The notes beneath the pieces were generated by a model, which searched no databases, was not told where the DNA came from, and saw nothing but the letters and a program-made list of their open reading frames with translations. A program made the translations under genes and the position numbers. Positions 24,719 to 38,172 of a stretch of DNA of 64,000 nt are shown here, piece after piece. Source of the DNA: Strigamia acuminata (lineage: Eukaryota); NCBI GenBank assembly GCA_949358305.1, contig OX442314.1, positions 31,310,001 through 31,374,000 on the forward strand, in the 5' to 3' direction. Within the stretch, counting starts at the first letter, position 1. Each line of letters opens with the position of its first letter.

Positions 24719-25975
24719 TCAGGCCTCCTCAGCTTTCCACAATTAGTATTCAATACTATATTGTTATTGTTGTTGTAGGGCTATTTCGGGAAGGCTAACT
24801 CCGGTAATAGACATGCGATTGCATGAAATGGCCCCGTAATGTTAGCTTGCTGTTCTACGGGACAGTTAGAGTTCGTACGGTGGCTTAATATAACGGCCTT
24901 ACACAGTAAGACTTTGCTAAATGAAAGTAGGTCCCTCAGCTAACTGGCCACAGCCCGCTGCAGGATGGTTGTTGTAAATTGTTCTCCCGGGGCCCCCACA
25001 TTCGTGGCTGGTCCCTCCGCATGTTAAAGGCCGGTCAAGGGCTTATACACAGGCACACTACGCCGGGTTGGTAGCCCGTGAGCAATATCCGTGAAAACAT
25101 TGCGATAAATAACTACCTGGATAATGGTAATCCAACAGCAGTGGCTGATTAATATTTTACCCGGTGCTCGATCTAATGATCCCGTCATCGTAAGGCATGC
25201 TGGCGGATGGAAGAGTCAAATCCTCCCGCGATGGTTCTGTCGACCGTCGTGACGGTCCCCGCCCCATTGTACACTCCGGGTTAGTAACCCGCAAACGGTA
25301 TACAAAACACCGTGCTAAACAAATTACTCGGGCATTGGTAATCCTGTATTGGCAATAATTATTATGTCGGTAAGTCCATAGAAATGTTTACCTGGTGGTT
25401 GGTACCACCGATAGCGATTAAAAGCGTACAAACAAATACTCGGCGCCTGATCACGAGATCTTGTCGTCGTAAGGCATGCTGGCGGATGGAGTCTCAAGTC
25501 TCAACAACTCCCGCGACGTTCTCTCAATTGTCGTGACGGTCCCCGCCCAATTAATATTTATATAACAATTCATTTGTTATATTCCATTAATCATTTTACT
25601 TTTATTCATTTGGAACATGGAATATTCTGCCGAATATTCCTAGTTATGCGAAGGACTCTTCGCATTGTTAGACAATCGAGCTGCGGGCCAAATACGTCTC
25701 CGTAGCGTTATTTGTGACGATGCCCCAAGTCAGCCGTATCCCTCTGGCTTCGCCCGGATCCTCAACCAGTTGATGCCGCCGTTTACACGCGTCAAGAACC
25801 CAACTTTGTTATTATTATTCAGTAATAAATATGTTATGTCACACTAAATCTGTAAGTTGTATTTCCACTCGATTATTTATTCATGTCACATTGAATTCCG
25901 TAGCTTATCTCGGTTAGGTTGTTGTTAGTCTTAACAACGTCTTGTTTAAACCGATTATTTATGTATCTCAATTGG

Positions 25976-26810
25976 CTAATAAATTAGCCTAAAAGTAGAA
26001 TCGTCACAAGGAGCAGTGGCCAATCTCGTTGCATCGCCAGCACTGCATCTTCGACATGTCCATCCCCTTTTTGTATGATGTCTCGTCACGCGGCCTCCTT
26101 CGGTGTTGTTTTCAGCAATGACTCGACCGTCTCCCTGATGCGGTTTCCTAATTAATTCAATAAATGTATCGAACCTTGCCATACGAAACAAGTCCCTCTA
26201 TAGTAACGTTGATTGTGTCCGCGGTTGAGAAATTAAAAGTCTTCTTCGATGTCTCGATTAATGGAATCTTTGCTGCGAAATATGTGGCAGGAGTCTCGTC
26301 CGTCGACTGCTTCCTTGCAGCGATCCGTTGCCTCCAGCTGTCGTAGGTGTCGACGTCCAAAAAATAATCTCCACTCAGCTCAACCACGCTTCCTATTTTT
26401 TTCCGAAAATTTCGTACCAATACACTACAGTGCTTCCTCCTTTAACTGGCCGTTGGCCACCGCAATTTTCGCATGCTCGGTCCACTTGCCTAGCATGCTC
26501 GACACATTCGATGAAATTTTCGACGTTCTCGTCTCGTTTTCCTTTAAACGCGGGTACCCTTTTTGTGGTGTCCACCTCGTGTTACACCTTAATTTGGCCC
26601 GCGGGTACCCTTTTTGTGGTGTCCACCTCGTGTTACACCTTTATTTGTCCCGCGAGTACCGTTGCAGTCGCCACAATGGCTGACTTGACCTTGAGTGCCT
26701 TCTTTGTCACATTGTTCGCCAAAATGTTGGCCAGAAACTCATCCTTCTTTTTGCAATTATTAACGTCGATTCCCCGTAGCAGGCACTCGTGGCGAATATT
26801 TTCGCACGTT
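25976..26810 (-). pseudogene. gag: Degenerate Gypsy-type gag (capsid)
   Basis: VPAFKGKRDENVENFIECVEHA and MHR-like RKQSTDETPATYF. Contains frameshifts and a 51-bp tandem duplication at 26549-26660. Confidence 0.65.
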
Positions 26811-28815
26811 AAAACCCATATGGTCGGAGAATACATTTTGAAATACATTTTCAAAATGTATTTCAAAATACAGGGTGAACCAAAAGTCTGTTCCTCTCAA
26901 ATATTTCCTGAACAATTGCATTTCGGCCAACTTTGATGAAGCGATCGTATAGGAAGTTGGGGGAGAGCAATCCAATGTTTTCATCAAATTTGACCCTGAA
27001 GGCCATTTTCAAGGTTATTCACTTGTTAACTTCTAAACCAATCAGGTTGGAGCAAAAAAGTCAATTACAAAGTTGTAGAGCACCATCAAATTAGTACTAT
27101 CCAACTTATCTTAGTTATCTTAAGTTAAATGTTTTCTTTTTAAAAAGGAGACAAATCAGAAAAAAAATCAGCAAAGTGAAATGTTTTAACCCTCGGAGGC
27201 ATAAGGATAAAATGTGCCGTTCTGATTTAAGCCATTACGGATTTATGGACAATTTTTAAGTCGATTGGTTGAGTGCACATTGTTTTAGCGATTTTTACTT
27301 TAGCGAATCCATTTTAGCACCCAAAAATTGGCTAAAACGAGGCATTCGCTAAAGTGAATTCGCTAAAATGATGTGGTCGAAACTTAATGCTAGAAACTTA
27401 AAAACTTAATGCTAAAACTTAAAAGCTAATGCTCGTTCTTCAGGTAATTACACTCTATACGAGTAAGGCTATAAACAGAAAAGCAAAACAACGATAAAAA
27501 CACCAAAAATTGATAAATAAATTAAATAAATTGACAAATAGTATTGCCATGTACGTTTTGCATTGCGTTTGATCATAATTTTCACCTAAACTTAGAAGAC
27601 TTTTGCTTTATTTTGGCATCAATGCATCATAAAATTGTTTTGCAAAATATTTTCATGTGTAAAAGTAAATCTCGTATTTTTGAGATTTTTGGTCGCTTGA
27701 GGTAAAGCAGTTGAATGGGAGATGAAATGAGTTTGATTTAAAATATTTTCGCTAAAACGAGACATTCGCTAAAACGAAATGCTGTTATTTTTTTACTTTT
27801 ACTGATTCATGATGCTTTCCATCATAAATCAGAGAACATGGCATTTTTTCTAAGAAATAATGAAAAAAAAAAGAATTTACCTAGAACTCCCGAAAGGGGT
27901 CAAAATGACCCCTTGCAATAACAGGAACAATACATACACAAAACGTGCACAAAACGTGCATGAATCGTGCAAAATACATAAACAATACGTGTATACAACG
28001 TTTTGGCATCAAATTGATTCAATAACAGGCAAAACATGCGAAGAAAATAGCAAAACAAAAATTGATAGTTTTTTTAAATTTCCGTTTTTAATTTTATCAG
28101 GTTTTATAAATTAAATTTCCGTTTTTAATTTTATCAGGTTTTATAAAAACCATCAATTTTTGTTTTGCTATATTTCAAAATGTACGACGATTGTCAATAT
28201 ATTTCAAAATATATTGGCATACATTTTCATACTTTTTCAAATATACCCGTATTTAAATATATTTTGCGACCATATGGGAAGGTTCAAAACTGGTTCACAA
28301 ATCGAATTCAACACACCTTGCATATTTGCCATAGTTATTTCGCGAGTTTTTCCACGCACACACACGAATATTCTTTCACTTCTATCGCGACACGAATGTC
28401 CGTTCGACGCGGGGCGAGCGAAGTCCTACACGTCTCTTCACGTAGCAGCAACGTTATCCTGTCGACTGGCGCCACGTCGGCTTCGTGAAGTTCGACGAAA
28501 GGAGTAAACGACAACTGCAAAACAAACGAAATGGCGATAAGACAGCTTCTCCTGTTGGGCCAGGCATCAGATGTCATCGGCCCGAAACGTCATGCACACG
28601 CAACGCACTCAACACACACCAAGCCGTCGCGCCCACACGACAAGAACGTGAGGTCATCAGAATCTCACACTCACCCAAATAATCTCAGATAAAATAACTG
28701 AAATTGACCCGAACTAATATATAAATCCAAAACATACCGTAAGTGGAATGGTCTTACCCTAAAAGTAGAATTTTTGAAAAATCTCGCAGGTTTGGCTCGC
28801 GGTAATACAAGCGAC

Positions 28816-29245
28816 TAAGGACAGCATTCCTGTCGCTCTCTCATTGGTCGAGAAATCCTATTGTTGTCGGCTTGCTCTGGTGGCTGTGTGAGAGAGCGAC
28901 AGGAATGCTGTCTGATTGTTGTCGGCACACTGTGCGTACTAACATATGGAACAAACATATCCCCACTAAATAAGTGCCCATTTCCCCATCACATTAGAAA
29001 AATCAGTTAAGGTGAGGTTCGCGGGGGGGGGGGTCAAGGGGGGGGGGGCTAGCGCCCCCCCCTTGTTAGGAAAGAAAACAAACCTTAGAACACCCGAAAG
29101 ACCAAGAAAAAATTATTTATTAACAAGAATTATTACCAACAGCATTCCTGTCGCTCTCTCACACAGCCACCAGAGTGTGCCGACAACAATAGGATTTCTC
29201 AGCCAATGGGAAAGCAACAGGAATGCTGTCCGTAGCCGCCTGTCG
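28816..29245. repeat. Palindromic MITE-like inverted repeat
   Basis: CAGCATTCCTGTCGCTCTCTC blocks occur in both orientations. 28820-28910 is inverted at 29140-29232. Confidence 0.7.
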
Positions 29246-31369
29246 CGGACATGGCATAGTCTCTGGGTGGACAAGCAGTCAAAGCAGAGAGTCTCCAAGG
29301 AGTGAGTTGAAAATTGAACTCCAATCGTTTTTATTCAAGCTCCACATTCTTGAATTTGGTTCAATAACGGTCGAAATTATTTAAATGTTAGTGAGGGGGT
29401 AGGCAACCGTCTGTGTCCTTAACAGGTGTTGAAAGTCATTAGTCAGAGGTCTGGTTGTGGTCTATGCTTGGTTGATGATGGGGAAAATTATTTCTCATGA
29501 GTGGTAGAGATAATTTATCAAAGTTTGTTGGTTTAGTTGATGTGTTATAGAAGTTTTTTCCTTGTAAGTTTGTTAAACTTGTCAATTCCGAAATATTTTT
29601 ATTATTTTTTAGAAAGTACTTGATAACTATTTAATTCAATTTTTACAGATGATTGGTTAATTTGATGAAATGATTTTTCAGTTATAAAAAATAATTTTCA
29701 ATTTCAAGGCTATTCTGTTAATTCTAATAGAATTGATTAGAGATCTTGAGTTAGGAAGATTAAATCTCAAATCTTAATTTTGAAAATGAGTTTTAAAAAG
29801 TTTTAGTTTATTTTGTTGTGCAGTTTTGGAGTTCTTAAAAAAAAGTGGTTTTTACCTCTTGGCTTCAAGTGAGCCAGATCCACAGGTGGTTTTATTTTCC
29901 ATTTCACCTCTAACTTATACACTAAAGGAAACAAACATTTCATTTCAACATTAATAATACAATCTTCACATGAATTTTTACATTTGAAACTTAGTTAAAA
30001 TTAGATTTTAGAAATTACTCTTATCGATTTTCGAATTAAAATTGATTTCCATATTTTGTAATTGAAGTGCTTCAATTACATCAAAATCAATCCATTAATT
30101 TTACTTAAATTTTCATTAGTACGTGAGACCAACAAGTGATACCGACATTTATAACAGTCTTAATTATTAGCAAGAAATACCGGTATGCTAATTTACAAAA
30201 TTTTATTAGCGTTTTATGCATTCCATCCGCGCTTGAGTTTCAAGGGAGTGGTCATTTATAAAATCAATAAAAAAGAGGAAAATGCTGAGGAATAGAAATA
30301 TTACTGTGAAAATTACTGATAATCTATGAAATTTGATCCGTCAAAGTTACAGCTGTACGCTGTCTAAAAAATCTTGGTGCAAACAAAATTAAAGAAGAAA
30401 ATTGTTTTTAAATGAGGATGTGCAAGAGAAAATACACTAAGGATTTGTTCTATCGTGACCGAAAATCGTGTTTTTTCTCGTGTGAACCCCGTTTTTAATG
30501 AGGATGCGCAAGATAAAATACACTAAGGATTTGTTCTATCGTGATTGGAAATCGTGTTTTATCTCGTGTGAACCCCGTACTTATTGTTCTCACAACGGAA
30601 AGGCGTCGGCCGACTCGGCTCGTGACTGCGCCTCGTCGTTGCTGATCATGGTTTATTTTGATTAATTTTTGTCCTCAGATGGGTAATTTTTCAACGTAAT
30701 GTGCCGAAGTATGTTGTTTAGCATTGCGTCAGGTTTGTTTCAGTACTTAATCGAATTTCGCAACTTGTTTTTGTCGATCAAACATTTCATTCCATCCGTG
30801 CGTCATATTTCAAGGGAGTGGTAAGTCAAAAATCAGGAAAATTGTTCGATTTGGAAATTGTTGGAAATGGTAAGGGGGAGTTACTCACAGTGTCCGAAAT
30901 TTCTAATTTTTCTTTTCTTTTTTACGTTTTTATTTTTTTTAATTTTTATTTTTTTTAATTTTATTTATTTATTTTTTCATACACGCAATAATTGGTTGTA
31001 GTGTTGCTGGACAAATGTGGTACAAATATACCTCTCAGATCATCTCCAAAATTTGAATTTGGGCTTAATCAAGAGTTGGAAATCAATGGCGTTGACGGTT
31101 TTGGGCGCAAACGGAAGCGGAGGCGGGAAAACGAGGTAAATTGCTGTAGGTTAAGGGGGGGGAGGGAGTTGTTATCGCTGGTTCCACAGTGTTAGTCAAT
31201 GGTAAAGAGTAAATTAGGGGGTGTAAAATCCAACTCTCAACCTCCACGTGGTCACCCCTGGAGAAACTGACGACTTGAACTAGTCTCAGTGGAACCAAAA
31301 GAGAGCTCTGGTCAAATGCAGCTGCATGCAATTTGTCCTGTTTTCAATTTAAAAAAATATATATTTTGT

Positions 31370-31670
31370 GGTTGATATATTTTGTATTGTAAGCCCGCAT
31401 ACCGCATGCCTCACAACTAACGTGGCATTTACATTTATTTGTATTGCAAGCCCACACCCTACACGATTGTGGCATTTACATTTATTTGTATTGTAAGCCT
31501 GCAAATCCTACAAGATTGTGGCATTTACATTTATTTGTATTGTAAGCCTGCAAATCCTACAAGATTGTGGCATTTACATTTATTTGTATTGTAAGCCTGC
31601 AAATCCTACAAGATTGTGGCATTTACATTTATTTGTATTGTAAGCCTGCAATCCTACATGTGGCATTTAC
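31370..31670. repeat. 49-bp tandem repeat, ~6 copies
   Basis: Unit TGTGGCATTTACATTTATTTGTATTGTAAGCCTGCAAATCCTACAAGAT. Confidence 0.9.
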
Positions 31671-31999
31671 ATGATTTTATACCGCATTTTATACCGCATT
31701 GTAACATGAATGTGGCATCTATTTTCTTCAGAAGATTCCTGAAATATTTGTGCAGGTGGTGGTGGTTCTTGATTCAATTATTGAGATTGATTGTTCCTGG
31801 ATCATGTTTTACATACACTAATTTGTAAAACTGTTTTTCCTTCATATTTGTTAGTTGTTATTTGGCCATTTGTGTAAAATGATAATTTTTATATTTTATT
31901 ATCTTGGCTCTCTGCTGTTGATTTGGTTTTATATTCACATTATCATTCAAAGGTTAATAGGTCTAATAGTTTCTCCTCCAGTTTCTGTTTTACCTTCTA

Positions 32000-32960
32000 C
32001 CTTCCCCATCGAGACACGGGCAGACCGTGTTTGTACTTTGTTAGAATTTGGCCCTTACTACTCCCGTACCAATTTTCGGATTTGTTCCAGTCGGGCGCCC
32101 GAAATCCACCCCAGATGGTATTCTGCCGCTACAATTACCCGTTGGCCTCCCCACCCGTGCACCTGACAAGCTGAATTCGATAACGTTGATTCCGAATAGG
32201 CATGGCATCCAAACTCTCATTCCATGACAGTGGAACTGGAGGCTTGTGGTTCGTCGATATGAAAATCTCGTTCCATCAAGTACTTTGAAAATTTCTCACA
32301 TACCCACGTGACCCCCCACTAGGTTGTCGTTTACTGGTATTAACGAAGCGTCCTGCAAATCATTAATGACCTCTAATTCAGAGTGGATGCTGGAAGTTGA
32401 GTCAAAACCCAGAGGTGGTCTTTCTATTCGTAGTAGACATTGGTCACATTGATCGGAGGCTTCCGGATGCCACTTGAATTTCTCGATCTCCTGGATGACA
32501 AGTTGAAGTGCTTGCGACGAACGCATCTCCTGAGGACTTTGGGTTGCATTCTCTTCGAGAAGGAAATGTTGTAGTGTTTCATCCTGATTGGACAAAGTAT
32601 GGCGCCCACGCATTTTCTGGTGTGGGTTAAAAGCACAAAAATAGACAGGGTTGTTGTGGGAAGGCGTCAGCTACCAAATGGTACTAATCGGCGACCAGGG
32701 GTCGGTGTGTGTGGTACATCCTGATCGTAGATTCGTCTCGTGCATCGCAACTTAGGTTAGAAAAGGGGTAAACCTGTACATTGGCCAAGACGAGACTCTG
32801 TTTCTTGAATCAGACGGATGAGGTGTGGAAAATTGCGAAATCTGTGCGCTGCATCGGCTATTAATGTACTGATATCGTACAAATAGGCTGAGAGAGATGG
32901 AACGAAATTTCTAATTCGCTTCATCCATGCGGCGGTGGTGGTTGGTTCGTATCCCTCCTA
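32000..32960 (-). pseudogene. pol: Highly decayed Gypsy-like pol fragment (RNase H start and integrase Zn finger)
   Basis: PFSNLSCDA (like PFxLxCDAS), LVPFGS*RL (like PVAYASRxL) and NDNLVGGHVG (like HD...GGHxG). Confidence 0.5.
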
Positions 32961-33089
32961 TTGTAGGGTTTAGAATGAAAATTTCATTTAAAAAAATTCA
33001 GATTTATTCATTTATTTATTTATAAGTTTTCATTAGCAAATTTAAAAGATGCAGCAATGTGGAGAGTGGAAAAGATCATTTGTCCAAAT

Positions 33090-34855
33090 TAGACCTAATC
33101 CACCTGGTTATCGAGTAATTCCCTTTCATTTGGATTTTGGCTGTTTTTCAAGCTTTCATCTGAAAAGATGTATCCCGTCCATCCGTCATACGTGTAAAAC
33201 TTATCTTTTGCTAGACACTTGTCGTATGATACTTTAGGTATTTGTACATCATTTTTGGATACAAATTCCTTATTATTTCTACCTTTTTTTATCCAAAATC
33301 ATAGATAATTACAGTATAGTATTTTTAGGTTCGACAAAATATTTTCTATTACACTTGTGTCGGTGTTATCTGCTATAATAGGGGGTTTTTCTATATCTTG
33401 TATGCTATATGCATTAACATCTGGAAAAACATGTGTTGTAGGTGTATTTTCCATATCTACTGATCTACTGATTTCAGCCACTTGGTTATCGAGTAATTCT
33501 CTTTCATTTGGAGTTTGGCTGTCTTTCAAGCTTTCATCTGAGAAGATGTAGCCCGCCCATCCGTCACAAGTGTAAAAGCTGTCGTGTGATACTTTAGGTA
33601 CATCATTTTTGGATACAAATTCCTTATTATTTATACCCTTTTTTGATCCAAAATCATATGTGATTATACTAGAATAACCAGGATGTGTTAAAAACAAAAT
33701 CTTCTTTGTTTGATCCTTACGACCTTTTAATAAAGGTCGATGCCTGACAACATTACAAACATATACATCAACAGGTTTGAGATCCTTGATCATGTCGCTG
33801 GCACTTGTAATTTTTTCTGACTTTATAAAAATGTTTGTTCCGTTCTAATGTGATTACAAAATTGTTCTATGATCGTTGTCTTGACGAGCTTGTGTTAGTA
33901 CAACATGCATTCCATACATATTATGTATGAAACACGGATGATGCGGGAATTTAGCAGGTTTTTTAATATGTCACTCTTACTTTTATAACAAAGACAAGAC
34001 GCTAATAAAACCTCATCTTCCTGTAACTTAATTTTCATATAGTCGGAAAGAATACAATTTTTCATTGACTTTATTACCGGCCCGATTTGTAAATTTTTAC
34101 CTCATGTGTTTTTTTTTGCTGGATATATATTTTTTAAATCTGTTACAGTTGAAATTTGTATTTCACACTTTTTCTTTAGGGTCTCAATTATAAATTTCCC
34201 ATGCCATGTTTTTAAATTGCTATCTGTTACACATGTGTTTTCTTTTACCATTTCACCCAATTTTAAAATCTCAGGGTCGTAATAAGGTCCTGCTTTTCCA
34301 CCAAAAACAGGTGACTGAATGGCAGGTTTCGAGTCATAGTATTTATGGCAATCTTTTAGAAAGTCGGAAATTAACTCCTCCACTGCGTTCTGCACAGTTT
34401 AACAGAACTTAGTACACACCCTGAAAATTTGTGATTCTTTTGCTGTTATCTAATCCGGGGTCTAATTCCTCCTCCGCCCCACTCCAAACAATTTTACTTT
34501 GACCATTTGGGATTGTCATGTTCAGCCCTAACTGATTTTTCAAGGCTGTATTGAATAAAAAAAAAAAGAAATTTTCTCCCAGAAAACTCGTATTGCAATT
34601 AATGATACATTTTCGTGATTTTGAATTTTATAGGAAATTATATAAAATTTTCTTTTTGAACTGAAAGATAAATAATCATTTTAAATATAAGAAATCCGAA
34701 AATATAATAACTTATCTTACTTGTTCTTTTTCTTGATGTCGCGTATGACCGAGCAGATAGTATTATTTATAAATGTTTTGTGGTCCTCAATCTCGTCGTG
34801 ATCATCGACAAACTCAGCTATTCCCGTGCCACCGTACATGTACCTCAAAAAACTA
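33090..34855 (-). pseudogene. Unknown multicopy gene, copy 2 (diverged)
   Basis: ORFs 33299-33793 and 34102-34395 align by eye with copy 1 (VYVCN.V.HRPLLKGR, ELLDNQVAE.SRSVDM, EELIS..L.D..KYY). Confidence 0.75.
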
Positions 34856-35379
34856 TCTTGTTACTGTGAATTCACAATTCACAAATCGTTAACACTATCA
34901 ATACTTGATCGTATTCAAAGCAGTGATGTTGCGTTGTTGTGTTTGTGATGATATTGAGAGCTTTCCTTTTTTTTGTTTTTTTTTTATATAATTTTTTTAA
35001 AAATTTTATTTGAAAAGGTTTATTTTGGATAATTTTAGCGGTTTTGGATCATTTATGTAACAAATTAATGCGGTACTGAATTTCTTGAATTAAAATTTTA
35101 GGTCTAATCAATTTTTCAATACATTTAAGTATGTTGTCACGATTAATTTGGATGTTGTTAATTAATTCAACAAAATATCGCGCAAAAGGAAATTTAGCGC
35201 AAATAAATGGGCAAAGGCTCGTGAATTCCTCCTAAATAAGTCGCCGTCAAATGTGGACATCGGGCGATTAAATATTATTTAAGAAATCCTAATGACGAAT
35301 GACGAATGGAGAATTTTATCCACATGCAAATTAATTGATGCAAGTATTTTAGCATAAACACAATTAGAACACTTTGTGT

Positions 35380-35850
35380 AAAAATTAAATTAAATGGTTT
35401 AATTAAACACTAGATAAAATATAAGTACAAAGCTTAAATTTAAAGCATTTGATAAACTGGAATAAATAACACTAAGTTACATTAAACTGAGTAAGGTTTA
35501 CAAAGAATAATTTTATCTAAGTTATTCTTAAAAGGTATGAAAAATAATCTATTTATGTTGAGATAACACTGAAAATAATCTAAGTTTAGTTTAACTTAGA
35601 TTAACTCTAAAGAAAGAAAAATATTCTACATTCCTACAACCCTTTCAGAGCCCAAACCACTTTTAATTTATCAACACTTCTTTATTTCCTATTTGCCTGT
35701 GGTCACTTTGTGAGCTGTTAGGTTGTGTAGTAAAGTCTTTTCCAACAGCCATTATTAAACGATGCATCTGGTACTGTGTTTTAGCAAAGGGTATTTTCCA
35801 TCTTCCATACAGTATGTCGATGGGTTATTGGCAAGAAATTTGTTGTTCTT
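35380..35850 (-). repeat. Paralogous copy of the F-env 3' region (matches ~43725-44183); resumes at 38186-38607 (matches ~44185-44607)
   Basis: Clear nucleotide similarity by eye on both sides of the EVE insertion. Confidence 0.9.
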
Positions 35851-36436
35851 TGTTTACCTTGTTTTTTTGTTTTTTTTGTTTTTCATTTTTTATTTGGCAT
35901 TTTTTGTTTTTTGTTATATTTTTTTGTTAATTTTTGTTTTTTGAACTTTTTTGTCACAAATTTTTTTGTTACATATGATTTTAGCACGTGTCTTTTTTTC
36001 TTTTTGGGTCATATGGTTTGATTTTACACTTTTTTTGGGTATTATGATTGATTATTCATCTTTGAATTGGACTTTTTGTTTAACAACTGTTTTCTTGATT
36101 TCCCATTTTGCTTTTTCTTTGATGTTTCATATGATTTTTGCTTTTGAATTTGGTTTTGATTTCTATTTTCTAGTTTTGACTTTGATACTTGTTTTTGATT
36201 TTTTGATTATTGACTTAGATTTTAATTTCTGGTTTGGTTTAAGTTTTGGTTTCTGGTTGTTTGATTTTTTTGGGTTTTGAGTTTAATTGATTGTGATTGA
36301 TTTTTCTGATTTTTGATTTTTGATTTTTAATTTTTAATTTTTAATTTTTAATTTTTAATTTTCAATTTTTAATTTTTTAATTTTTTAATTTTTTAATTTT
36401 TAATTTTTAATTTTTTGTTTTTGATTTGTCATGCAA

Positions 36437-37800
36437 TTATGGAACAGCATCAAAGATGACATCAGCAACAGAATGTATTAATCTGTTGCTGTTGCAAATG
36501 ATTGTTTGATTTCCACCCAAGGTCAGCAATTGATGTAATAAATGCTCACTTGTACTGGTTCTTGTGGGATCAGCAGCTGCTAACTGACCGCTAATTACAT
36601 CAATCCTGTATAGACCCACCAATAATCCAGCACAATTTGCCAATGGGTTGTCAATCATGAAAATCGACATTTCTGTACCACATCTAAAAAAGGATGCACA
36701 GCACCAAAAAAGCCTGTTTTCTTGTCAATTTTCCATTATTGACAAATATGGAACCTTCACGATTATTCAAATTTAACAAAGCAGGTTGGATGTCAGCAGG
36801 CACTGACATAACAAAAGCGTTCCATTCAGCCAACCCTATGTGCACATTTCTTGTAAAGGCTGCCACCATCCTGCACATTTTCATAAAATTATCAAAAGAA
36901 GCATTGGCACTTAATGTTGTTTTGAAGTGTGAAATGGTGCACACTAGGTAATCCACTCTAAACTTGTTGGCCAGATTTCCAATTTGATTACCTGCAACTA
37001 TTGCATCATTAAGTGCTTGCTCAATTATTGCTTTTACTGGTGCCCATTGAGCAGCACTCGGCAAACCATTTCCAGGCCTGTGATTGAGCAGCACTCAGCA
37101 AACCATTTCCAGGCCTGTGATTGATCAAACCGTTGATGTCAGCTTGAGCATTAGCCAAGCCCCATGGATTTGCTCTCCAAGCCTTGTTACGGATTGACCA
37201 TTTTGCAGAGAAATAACCAGAAGTTCTGGCATTTTCAATTTCCAAAATTAAGTTGTTTCTCATGGTTGCAGAATCTCCTGCTTATCTGCCAATTCCGCTT
37301 TTCATTTTGTTTCTGACTGTAGCAGCCAATGCCAGTAATTCACCTGTGCTGCCATCAGGTGACCTTGTTAATGTGACTTCTGTTTGATTTTGAGTAATCA
37401 CAGTTTCAGGATGAGTAGGAGTTCTGATTGCAATGGCACAGTCAGATATGTCGTTTGCATACTGCACTGTTACTTGAGGAGTACCATCAACCCATGCTTC
37501 TTTAGCTGTTTTAAAATTATCCCAAAGGTCTTGGGCTGCACCGTAAATATCTTGTGCAATTGCCTGATTTTGAGCCAATTTGTTTGGATCAGGATTATGA
37601 GTACTCGTAAAATCTAATATTAATTTGTGCTGTTGAGATGCATATGTCTGATTTCCAAGATTCATGATTGTGATAAATGAGACATGTTGAGTCTACCCCA
37701 CTGGCTGTTCCGCCAATTGCATGCCTAGTGTCTTAAGTATGCATGGCACAGATAGACTGTGTTAACAGAGATGAACTGTGATGTGTATGGCCGGTTCTTG
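36437..37800 (-). pseudogene. Endogenous viral element: nairovirus-like nucleoprotein (N)
   Basis: C-terminal TSEHLLHQLL matches nairovirus ASEHLLHQSL. Collinear upstream matches: IFVNNGKLT (IYMHPAVLT), NCAGLLVGLY (PCAKTIVKLF), AKWSIRNKAWRAN (LKWRKDIGFRVN). Broken by stops, a 37-bp duplication and a frameshift. Confidence 0.8.
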
Positions 37801-38172
37801 CAGATGTTCTACGACTAGTTGGCATTGCGGATGCTCTATGCGTAGTTGGCATCGCAGATGTTCCACGAGTAGTTGGCATTGCGGATGCTCTATGAGTAGT
37901 TGGCATCGCGCAGATGTTCCACTAGCAGTTGGCATCGCGCGGATGTTCCACTAACAGTTGGCATTGCGGATGTTCCACGAGTAGTTGGCATTGCGGATGT
38001 TCCAATTGGCATTGCAGATGTTCCAATTAGCATCGCGGATGTTCCAATTGGCTTTGCGGATGTTCCACTAGCAGTTGGCATTGCGGATGTTCAACTAGCA
38101 GTTGGCATTGCGGATGTTCAACTAGCAGTTGGCATTGCGGATGTTCTACGAGTAGTTGGCATTGCGGGTGTT
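37797..38172. repeat. 27/21-bp tandem repeat (core GTTGGCATTGCGGATGTTC)
   Basis: About 14 units abutting the 5' end of the N fragment. Confidence 0.9.

Noticed and set aside
24770..25550. Hammerhead or HDV-like ribozyme
   Set aside because: I found no CTGANGA/GAAA core, and an HDV P3/L3 fit in copy 1 is not kept in copy 2.
35762..36280. Phe/Leu-rich membrane-protein ORFs (also 47793-48263 and 50396-50703)
   Set aside because: They arise from T-rich low-complexity or tandem-repeat DNA.
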